A stretch of DNA of 39,332 nt from Diploschistes diacapsis (taxonomy: Eukaryota), in the NCBI GenBank assembly GCA_023645945.1, contig JALAIB010000054.1, forward strand, positions 1-39,332, given 5' to 3'. Shown in pieces: positions 1 to 10,422 of this stretch. Below the pieces are notes generated by a model that was not told the origin of the DNA, searched no databases, and saw only the letters and a list, made by a program, of their open reading frames with translations. The first letter of the stretch is position 1. The number at the start of each line of letters is the position of its first letter. Made by a program: the position numbers and the translations under genes.

Positions 1-39
1 TCGCGATCTTTAGAAACAAAGTTTCTATATTATTATAGA

Positions 40-209
40 TGTAACGCCCAAAGGTGCGCCCTGGGGTTCAGGTCCCCCCGCTGCCACAGCCACGCACCTA
101 CATATAGTGTAATAGGGAAACAGTGCTTCGGGGTTCCTGAATGAATTGTGTACAGTCTTTTGGCTCAGTGGGATAGCGCTACCTATTAGGCACTACCCCC
201 GCTGTTACA
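40..209. mobile_element. Solo LTR of an LTR retrotransposon (about 170 bp)
   Basis: Starts TGTAAC (40) and ends GTTACA (209), i.e. TG...CA ends with a 6-bp inverted repeat. Flanked by the direct repeat TATAGA at 34-39 and 210-215 (putative TSD). Confidence 0.7.
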
Positions 210-219
210 TATAGACTAC

Positions 220-661
220 TAGGAAGGATTGCAGATGATCTAGATCATTAGATTATTAATCCAAATATTAGATTAATGATCTAATAATATTTGGACCGTG
301 GATCCAATAAATGTTGGACAATTAGATCCACTATTATGTTGGATTATGGGTCGAATAATGTTGGATTATAAATCCAACAGTTATCGGAGATTAATATGTT
401 ATTAATCATTAAGCGTTAGTTAGGTGAAATGTGTCTATAAAAGACCTCTCACCTCCTATCTTTACTAACGCTATCTTCATTCATTACCTCCTACAATAAT
501 AAGTATTATTATTGTATGCAAGCAATTTAGCATTTATTTCACCAGTCTTATTGCCTATTTAGTGATCCCACTTCCACTTTCAACATTAATGATTGATTGA
601 TTAACAAAATAATTAATTAATCGATTAATCGATTAACCGTTAAATCTATCCAAACATGGCC
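220..661. repeat. AT-rich degenerate repeat tract, probably RIP-mutated DNA transposon end(s)
   Basis: Many GATCCA/TGGAT motifs together with transition variants GATCTA/TAGATC/TAGATT at 236-390; ATTAATCG tandem units at about 615-636; TpA-rich; no ORF. Confidence 0.5.
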
Positions 662-974
662 TTGGATTAAGAGCGCCAGAGAAAAGGCAGGCTCTGGAGC
701 TTGGGTGCCGAAAAGAAGCCAGAGACTGGGGCTTTTGCTGGCCCGTGTGGTTATCATCGGATCTATGGATCCCTGCCGTGCTACCCAATGCATTCCTTGA
801 CCATCTGGACGCCAGCCAGCGTGAGCGATTTCTCTGACACGCGAAGTCTAGATTAATATTAGAGATACAGAGTAAGCTTGAGGAGAGGACCTGGACGATG
901 AATCGGAGAGTTTCTCAAAAGTCCATCAGGTTGGCCTTGCCTTGATTGGAACCTCCTACAGCTTAAAGTACTAG

Positions 975-1073
975 GCCAAAAGTAGTCAGGTACACCATAA
1001 GCGGCAGTAAATAAACAGTCAACTCTTTACTGCCGCTTATGGTGTACCTAACTACTTTTGGCACCCGACTGTA
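975..1073. mobile_element. Fold-back/MITE-like remnant with 37-bp inverted repeats
   Basis: 975-1011 is the reverse complement of 1026-1062 at 36/37 positions (one transition), with a 14-nt spacer. The right end continues ...GGCACCCGACTG-TA, which reads TA-CAGTCGGG on the minus strand, like a Tc1/mariner terminus. Confidence 0.6.
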
Positions 1074-1268
1074 CTTTGGCCTCTTAAAAGCCGAAGCTAG
1101 ATTCCTCGAATAGAAGCCCAACCGCACCGATGCTAGCCACATGCTGCCACCCACTTACCTAGTACCGGCTCACATAAGCGAGTCTCATTCGGCATCGTTA
1201 TACCGATTGCAGGAACTTGAAAATCATCGTGGGTATTTGTATGAGTTCTGGGTGACGCTCCAGGAGTG

Positions 1269-2838
1269 CTACAGCTTTGCAAAGGCAGTTGCTACTTCGC
1301 CATTCATGTCTATTAGCGTGCTCTTGTTCCTCACCCACGCCTCGATGCCCCTTCTTCCGTTCTCAACTCCAAGACCACTCGACTTCCACCCACCCACGCT
1401 CATCTCTGCGGGACTCTCGCCCCACGTGTTCACCCAGATGATGCCTGCCTCAAGCTTGGTGGTGACTGTATGCGCAAGATTGAGATCTTTGGTGAAGACA
1501 CCGGCTGCGAGACCCAGGGAGGTGTTGTTGGCACGTTGCACAACTTCGTCCACTTTTTTGTAGTACAGAATGGACATCACAGGCCCAAAGATCTCTTCTT
1601 GCACAATCTTCATGTCGTCGGTGCAGTCTGTGAAGATGGTTGGTTTGGCCCAATAGCCGTCTTCGCAGCCTTGTGGTATGGTCTCTGGTTTGCCCAGCCC
1701 GCCATATATCAGTTTCGCCTTGTCGGTCTCAATGCCATGCCAGATATATTTCATGACCTTGTCATGGTGCACTTTCGAAACAAGAGGACCGAGATTGGTA
1801 TTCATGTCCATGACATTGCCCGTCCTGACAAATGCCATCTTCTCCAGCAGCCTTTTCTCAAACGCAGCCTTCCTTTTCTCCGGCACAAATACCCGCGTCC
1901 CGTTTGTACAGACCTGTCCTGTGGAGTAGAAATTGGCCATCATGGCCCCGTCTACGGCATTTTCGAGATCCGCGTCCTCGAAAATGATGCACGGGCTTTT
2001 CCCTCCCAGCTCCATTGTGACATACTTCATCTCCCCAGCTGCTAAACCAGCCACCGTTTTGCCTGTTGACACTTGGCCAGTAAACGATACCTTCGCAATG
2101 TCCGGGTGGGAAGCCATATAGGCACCAACCATTCCCGGTCCATTGACCACGTTGAAGACCCCAGCTGGGACGCCTGCTTCGGTGTATATCTGGGCCAATA
2201 TCTGACCATGCATGGGCGTAAATTCCGAGGGCTTATAGACCATGCAATTGCCGGCCGCTAAGCATGGTGCAGATTTCCAAAGCGCTCTAACCAGCCCTCA
2301 TATCTCAGCAAGGGTCGTCGCAGGCCAAAAGTATGCCATCGGGTCTGACGTACATCTGGATGGGATAGTTCCACGCCCCAATACCTGCACAAACACCCAA
2401 GGGCTCTTTGGTGCTCACGCACCATGCGCCTTCCCGAAGTTGGGTCCGCTCTCCGACGAGCCCACCGCTGCCGACCAGATTGGCATAGTATTCCAGCACG
2501 TCCGCTCCTGTGACGATGTCAACCACGCTTGTCTCGCTGAAAGGCTTTCCAGTGTCTTTTGTCTCGATCTCGGCAATTTCATCATTGCGTGAACGAAGTA
2601 TAGAAGCTGCTCGGTGCAGTATCCGAGATCTTTCAATCGCTGGAAGCTTGGACCACGCTGGAAAAGCTCGTGAAGCTGATTGCACAGCAGCATCTACATC
2701 TGCATTGCTGGCTCTGACAACAGTCGCGAGAGGTCGAGATGTGGAGGGGTCTATCGTTTGGAAGGTCTCCTCAACTGACAAGGAAGGCTGTGCTTTCCCA
2801 TCGTAATAGAGCTGCCGCGTGGGGTAAGGCAACGACAT
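1269..2838 (-). CDS. Betaine aldehyde dehydrogenase (BetB/ALDH9-like), about 500 aa; exons 2838-2354 and 2286-1269
   Basis: ALDH motifs [23 protein letters not shown], catalytic GQVCTNGTR and EEIFGP. Intron 2353-2287 (GTACGT...TTAG) joins the two ORFs in frame. C-terminus AKL. Confidence 0.92.
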
Positions 2839-3381
2839 CACAATTGGATCCTCTCACAATGAGTCTTTGCTATGAACGTGAGCGGAAGATACCGAAGATA
2901 CCATACCGTAGTCAGCAGAATGGTCGCATGAAGATTGCAAAGCTTGTGCCCCCTGCGTCGAGTTTGCAATGACAACGTGGGGGTTCGCCAAGGCCTAGTA
3001 TATGCGGAGTTCTTGCCACCCACTTTCCACCAGGCGAGAGCCTCACACGATCAATCAATCAATCAATCAATCAATCGTCTGAGACTACCGATCTTCGAGA
3101 CGCTAGAAGACGTTTGGGAGGACTGGGCACTACTAGTATTGGAAAACCTGGAGATTTCCATGGTCTTTCTCTCTGTTCTATGGGCGGTGAGGATCCCATA
3201 GGGGGTACCAGGTAGGTAGGCAGATCTTGACCCAGACAAATTTTCTTCAGCAGCCTTCTTTGCTTTGCTATTTCCTATATGCCTTCTATCCCACCTTCTA
3301 TCCTAAAATTGAGCCTTCTCTAACTCTCTCTGCTCCCTTACATCGTCTGCATCTCAACTATCTTGCATCGTATCACGTTTG
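2839..3381. promoter_or_regulatory. Probable bidirectional promoter region of the BADH / choline oxidase pair
   Basis: About 540-bp head-to-head intergenic region between two genes of one pathway; pyrimidine-rich tract before the oxidase start codon. Confidence 0.6.
3051..3076 (+). repeat. (TCAA)6 microsatellite
   Basis: tcaatcaatcaatcaatcaatcaatc read directly. Confidence 0.95.
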
Positions 3382-5122
3382 ATGATAATGACAACCACCG
3401 TCCTCTCTGGTTCTGACGTGAATTCGTTTGACTATGTTATCATTGGCGGAGGAACAGCTGGTTGTGTAATAGCAAGCCGACTAGCCGAGTATTTGCCGGA
3501 GAAGAAAACACTACTCATTGAAGCAGGGCCAAGCGACTACCTCAACGACCGGGTATTGCTCCTTAAGAATTGGCTGTCACTGCTTGGCGGTGAATATGAC
3601 TATGGCTATCGGACAACGGAGCAAAAGATGGGTGAGTTTCTTTGTGAAAGCATAGCCTCCTCTTACAAAGTGGCGGTGCGATGAGAGGAACGACCATTTC
3701 AAGAGCAACATGATTGGTGCTAATATCTGCCCAGGGAATTCCCATATAACGCATTCCCGGGCCAAGGTACTCGGTGGCTGTTCTTCTCATAATACATTGA
3801 TCTCTTTCAGGCCGTTTGAATATGACTGCAGACGTTGGGAGGAGGCCGGATGTCAAGGTTGGTCATTTCAGACCTTTACCCGTTTGCTTGATAAGTTGCG
3901 GAATACTGTTCAGCCGGTTCAGAGCAGGCACAGAAACCAACTTTGCAAGGATTGGATAGAGTCATGCTCCACTGCTCTTAATGTCCCTGTCATTGAAGAT
4001 TTCAACCATGAGATTAGGTCGAAGGGAGGCTTTCAAAACGGTGTAGGCTTCTTCAATGTCAGTTACAATCCAGATGATGGTCGTCGCTCTAGCGCTTCTG
4101 TTGCATATATTCACCCTATTCTTCGAGGTGATGAGCGGCGCCCAAATCTGACCATCTTGACAAATGCATGGGTCTCAAGGGTCAACGTGACTGATTCGGT
4201 TGTTACTGGTGTCAATATTAAGCTTCAGAACGGGACCCCTTTGACCATAGCACCAAAAATCGAGACTGTTTTGTGTGCCGGAGCAGTCGATACTCCAAGG
4301 TTACTGCTCTTGTCTGGCATTGGTCCAAAGCAACAGCTTCAGGATCTCGACATTCCCATCGTCAAGGATATTCAAGGTGTTGGTAGCAATCTTCTGGATC
4401 ATCCAGAGACGATCATACTGTGGGAACTCAATCGACCAGTGCCCCCTAACCAGACCACCATGGACTCAGACGCTGGTTTGTTTCTCCGACGTCAAGACCC
4501 AAATGCAGCAGGTTCGGATGGTGTAGCTGCCGATATCATGATGCACTGCTATCAGATTCCCTTTTGCGATAATACCTCACGACTTGGCTACGATAGACCT
4601 GAAAATGCTTTTTGCATGACACCGAACATTCCGAGGCCACGATCAAGAGGGCGGCTTTACCTCCTGTCGAAAGACCCAGCCGTTCACCCAGCACTAGATT
4701 TTCAATACTTTACCGATCCAGAAGGATATGATGCTGCAACAATCGTTGCTGGCTTTAAAGCTGCTCGAGAGGTTGCGAAGCAAGAGCCCTTCAAATCTTG
4801 GATCAAGCGGGAAATAGCTCCAGGACCCAATATTACATCGGACGAAGCACTCAGTGAGTACGGCCGCCGTGCAGCACATACAGTGTACCACCCGGCTGGT
4901 ACGACGAAGATGGGTAACATCGATAGCGACAACATGGCAGTTGTAGACCCTAAGTTGAGACTAAGAGACGTCAAGAAAATCAGGATTGCGGATGCTGGAG
5001 TGTTCCCAGAGATGCCGACTATCAACCCGATGCTTACGGTTCTGGCCATAGGCGAGAGGGCGGCAGAAATTATTGCTGAGGAGGCAGGATGGAGCGGATT
5101 GGGCGAGAAAGCCAGGCTGTAG
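3382..5122 (+). CDS. codA: Choline oxidase (GMC oxidoreductase); exons 3382-3631 and 3735-5122
   Basis: FAD-binding IIGGGTAG; LGGCSSHN (flavinylated His motif as in Arthrobacter choline oxidase); TVYHPAGT; INP. Intron 3632-3734 (GTGAGT...GCTAA...CAG). Start is 3382 or 3388. C-terminus ARL. Confidence 0.88.
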
Positions 5123-5489
5123 ACACCCAGGCTCAACTACATATTGAATAAATTCTCTCAGTTGAATATTAGCCTTCAATCTTATTAGATTGCATCAGTC
5201 AACGAGTCTAGAATCAACTGCTTTCAACATTTAACGATTGCAACTGTATTGTCCTACTATATCACGATCTGGTTGATGTGGTCTGTGTGGGTGACGCCCC
5301 TTGTGAAAAACCTGTCGGATGGAAAATTCGCAAGGAGCGCAAATCTCTGGCATATACGTAAAAGTCGTTAGACAATGTGGGCACTATTTAGAGTGCTTGT
5401 ACTTGGACCATTATGTTGCGAAATTTGATATTATAATATACTTGCAGGATTGAATACTCAAGAGGCGCATGCAGGACGACGGCTAAGAG

Positions 5490-8400
5490 ATGCAAGCCCA
5501 ATACCACATTCACCATGGAACATCTGCTCTATCGGACATTCGAAGTCGAATTTTGGCGGAAAGGATTGGTGCTGACGAGGTCAAATCAAGATACGTTCAC
5601 TACGTCGCTTTAAAAGAAGCTCTGAACCAAAAAGACCAAGCTATCCTAGACCAGCTGCTTGCTTATGACGATGTACCTTATCAGGAATCGCCAGACCAGA
5701 ATATAAAACCTGGCTCACGGACTTACAAATTCTACATATCACCTCGAACAGGCACGATATCATCATGGAGTTCAAAAGCTACAAGCATTGCCCATGTGTG
5801 CGGCTTCAGGGGAAAGGTCAAACGCATCGAAAGAGGCACCATCTTCTTTGTGACTACAAGCGCCGAGGTGGATAGTGATATACCGTCATTCGCAGACGAG
5901 ATCTACGACCGTATGATCCAGGCAATCAGCAGAAATCCGCCTGACTTGGATACCATGTTTGCTGAGTCTGCCCCGGCGCCTGCTACAGTGATCCCTATTC
6001 ATGATCAAAAGGTTGATCCACAAAAGGCTCTCGAGGATGCTAACAAGACCTTAGGACTTGCTCTCGATACCTCGGAAATTGACTATCTAGTGCAAGTATA
6101 TGGAAAGGACGGTCCGTTGCACAGAAACCCCTATCTTGAGGAACTCTTCATGTTTGCCCAGATCAACTCGGAACACTGTCGTCACAAGCAGTTCAATGCA
6201 TCCTGGACGATCGATGGCGAGGAAAAGCCTTATACCCTCTTCAGCATGATCCGAAACACTCACCAAAAGTCTCCGAAGCACGTCGTGAGCGCCTACAGTG
6301 ATAACGCTGCTGTTCTCGAAGGCTATCAGGGTAGCTTCCTTGCCCCAGACTGGGTCACTGGCATCTGGACACAAACAAACGAGCAAGTTCACTACCTTGC
6401 AAAGGTCGAGACCCATAACCACCCAACCGCAGTATCTCCGTACCCTGGAGCAGCTACAGGGTCCGGAGGCGAGATAAGGTAGGCCCGCTTCTCATCTAAT
6501 TGGCATAGCTAAAGTGTATAAGAGACGAAGGGTCTGTAGGGAGAGGCTCGAAGCCCAAGACAGGCCTTTGCGGTTTTGCGGTCTCCGATTTGAACATTCC
6601 AGGTTTTAAACAGCCTTGGGAGATTGACATAGGAAAGCCCGGTCACATCGCTTCCAGTCTCACTATCATGTTGGAAGCGCCACTTGGAGCTGCGGATTAC
6701 AACAACGAGTTTGGAAGGCCCTGCACATCAGGATTTTTCCGAACTTTACTTGTTAAGGTGCCGATTGGAGGAGGGACTTCCGAGTTCCGAGGCTACCACA
6801 AGCCAATCATGCTCGCTGGTGGACTCGGTACTGTCCGGCCTCAGTTGGCTTTGAAGGGCGCTGATATAGTTCAACCTGGTGCTTCTACAATAGTCCTTGG
6901 TGGCCCCTCCATGTTAATAGGACTCGGAGGAGGTGCGGCGAGCAGTGTCGCTAGTAACGAGGCAAATGTACACCTAGACTTTGCCAGTGTCCAGCGTGGA
7001 AACGCAGAAGTTCAAAGGCGGGCACAAGAAGTGATAAATACCTGTGCTGCAATGGGTTCCGACTCGCCTATATTATTCATCCATGACGTCGGCGCTGGCG
7101 GGTTATCAAATGCTCTACCTGAGTTGGTCCACGATTCGAATCTAGGTGCAACTTTTCATCTTCGCGAAATTGATAATGCGGATTCTTCCATGAGCCCTTT
7201 GCAAATCTGGAGCTGTGAGGCTCAGGAGCGCTATGTTATAGCGGTAGCGAAAGAGAATATGAAAACTTTCAAGACGATTGCTGACAGGGAGAGGTGTGGT
7301 TATTCGGTTGTGGGCAGAATTACAGGGGAGCAGAACAAAGAAGAGCGCATCATACTTGTGGACAGAGACTCTCATGATCACCCTACTCCGATCGATCTCC
7401 CCATGTCTGTCCTGTTCGGTAAGCCTCCAAGAATGAGGAAGAATGTCGAGTCGAGACAACTGCCTTTGCCACCATTTGATAGCAGCCTTTCCACGTACTT
7501 GCCCGGAGTCTTGGCCGAGGGTCTTCTTCAAGAAGCGATTAATCGAGTTCTTGCTCTACCTTCGGTAGGGTCGAAGAGTTTCTTGATTACGATAGGCGAT
7601 AGGACCGTTGGTGGGCTCACTGCAAGAGACCAGATGGTCGGCAAATGGCAGACGCCTGTGGCCGATGTCTCGGTCACCGCAACTTCGCTGACACTGGGTA
7701 TCAAGACAGGCGAAGCGATGGCGATTGGCGAAAAGCCCACGCTGGCGCTGATATCCCCTGCTGCATCGGCTAGAATGGCAGTAGCAGAATCGCTGCTGAA
7801 CTTGGCGGCTGCATGTCTGGATACTCGATTACAAAAGGTCAGGTTATCTGCGAACTGGATGTGCGCAAGCAGCCACCCCGGTGAAGGCGCTGCCATTTAC
7901 GAAGCAGTGGAGGCAATCGGTATGAAATTGTGTCCAAGCTTAGAAATCAGTATCCCAGTTGGAAAGGACTCTATGAGTATGAAGATGAAATGGACTGATA
8001 CGGACTGTAAAGAGACGCAAGAGGTTTCTGCCCCTTTGTCACTTGTCATTACTGCCTTTGCTCCAGTCCTAGACATCACCAAGACGTGGACGCCGGCCTT
8101 GCAAAGGGTCGAAGACGTTGGTGAGACTGTCATCCTGCTTGTAGACCTAGCTCAGGGCCGTAAGGCACTCGGCGGATCAGCCCTCAGGTAAGACGGACTC
8201 TGTAGGAGTAAATTGGAGATCTTCGCTGAAAACTATTAGTCAAGTATTTGGCCAGGTGGGAGACGTGGCTCCAGATGTACATGACGTGCAGCTGCTCAAA
8301 GATTATTTCGACGCGATGGAGCAGTTACAAGACGCCGGGATCGTACTAGCTTACCATGATCGGTCTGACGGCCTTTTTGTTACTCTAGTAGAGATGATGT

Positions 8401-9659
8401 TTGCCGGTCGATGTGGCATGAACGTAATGCTAGATGCGTTATGTGATACTAATGATACAGCTAATATCATGGAGACATTGTTTAGCGAGGAGCTCGGTGG
8501 CGTCTTTCAAGTCCGTAAGCAAGATGAGATGGCATTCCATAGAGCCTTTGCAACTTGTGGACCTCCGGCGGGCTTGATCAAGCGTTTAGGCAGTGTACCC
8601 AATGCCAACAAGCAGGAACTCGCCATTTACCGTGGTCATCAGCTTGTTTTCCGCGGCGACCGGGTTCGACTCCAGCAACGCTGGGTTTCTACTTCGCACC
8701 ACATGCAACGGCTTAGGGATAATCCGATCTGCACCGAATCTGAGTTCGAGGCCATCTCAGACTCCAAAGATCCAGGTCTTTCATACAATCTAACCTTCGA
8801 CCCTTCTGACAAAGTCGTCCCCGTCCTTGCGAGTCTCATGAATTCTCTCTCGCTTACGAGCAAACCAAAAGTGGCAATACTTCGTGAACAGGGTAGCAAT
8901 GGCTCGGCAGAAATGGCCTTTGCCTTCATGACGTCTGGTTTCACCGCTATCGACGTTCATATGACCGATCTGATATCCGGCCGCGTCACGCTCTCCTCTT
9001 TCGTTGGCCTCGCAGCAGTGGGTGGCTTTTCATACGGCGACGTCTTAGGCGCCGGTCAGGGCTGGTCTAAATCTGTCCTTCTGCATCCAAAGACACGGGC
9101 GGACTTCAAGGCCTTCTTCGACCGAAAGGACACCTTCACCCTGGGAGTCTGCAACGGCTGCCAATTCCTCTCGCGCCTCCAACAGCTCGTTCCCGGCACC
9201 AGCGGCTGGCCAGTCTTCAAGCGCAACGCCAGCGAGCGGTACGAAGCCCGCGTATGCATGGTCGAGCTCCTCGACAACCCTGCTACTCCTTCCGTCTTCC
9301 TGCACGGCATGGCGGGGTCGAAGTTCCCAATTGCAGTCGCCCACGCCGAGGGCCAGGCGACCTTTGCCGCCACCGGGTCATCTGCCCAAAAGTTACTTGA
9401 TGAGGGTCAGGTGTCGATGCGGTACGTCGACAATTATCTGCGGCCCACGGAGAAGTATCCGGCAAATCCAAACGGTAGCCCACTTGGCATTGCCGGTGTG
9501 AGGTCGAAAGATGGACGGGTATTGGCGCTTATGCCGCATCCGGAACGCACCGTGCTGGGTGGCGTTGCAAGCTGGATTCCGGACGGGAAAACGGCGGAGT
9601 GGGGGGAGAAAGGACCTTGGGGGAGGTTGTTTGAGAGCGCCAGACGCTGGGTTGGATAG
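5490..9659 (+). CDS. ADE6: Phosphoribosylformylglycinamidine synthase (large PurL), about 1357 aa; exons 5490-6478, 6523-8187, 8240-9659
   Basis: NSEHCRHK, KVETHNHP, GAATGSGGEIRDEG (across intron 1), HDVGAGG, GKDSMSM, and glutaminase GVCNGCQ and MPHPER. Introns 6479-6522 and 8188-8239 restore the frame. Confidence 0.97.
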
Positions 9660-10422
9660 ACTTATTGGGAATGTAAAGTGCGATAGAAGGAAGGATGACG
9701 ATGCGACTTGTCGATTAATATGCGTTCTCACAGCTACCCGAAAGCACCTTTTTTTTGATCATTCTAAATCTTCATCTGATCCATGTGATGGATTGTTTTG
9801 GCATCTGACCCACCATCAAGTTTCAATTTGTTATCGTTCTTCACCCCTTGGTCTAACAGTGTAAGCAGACAACTTTCAAGTGTGATCAATAACAGCCAAA
9901 AGCAGCCACAATGCTGATCTCTTAGTGACGGTATCATCATTCCTTCCCAATCAACTGTTCTTTTTCACCTGCTCCCTGCAGCCCTTCGCACCGAGGCACA
10001 CCCGGAGAACTCCCAACCTCCCTGTGTATCGATCTTGGCCTTCTTGGCAGGCGCTCCAGCGCCATAAGAAGAACCACGGGCACCACGTCCACGGGGAGCG
10101 CGTCCCACGACTACCAGGCCTACGAGCGCCATGTGCACGAGCACTGAAAACAGCATTCTCATCATCATCGTCCGAGACTTCCTCGTAGGCATATCCATGC
10201 ACTTTCATCTCCCATTTGCTGTTGTAGGATTCTTTCCTTGGCTCTTTCACGGTCGAAGGCCAGATCGGTTTCCAGTCAGACCAAGTTCGGACTCGAAAGC
10301 AGCAGTAACGGTAGACTTCTTGAAAACGATGGTCATGGAGCATATGCTGGAAGCTCCTCTTTCCCATATGCCTATGTTGTTGGAATCCCGATACTTGCCC
10401 TGTCAAGATCCAGCATTTCTTC

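Noticed and set aside
236..400. CRISPR-like array
   Set aside because: Eukaryotic locus; the repeats are 5-8-nt irregular motifs with no repeat-spacer periodicity.
1141..2806. Several plus-strand ORFs of 60-191 aa
   Set aside because: Antisense shadows of the BADH coding sequence with no motifs of their own.
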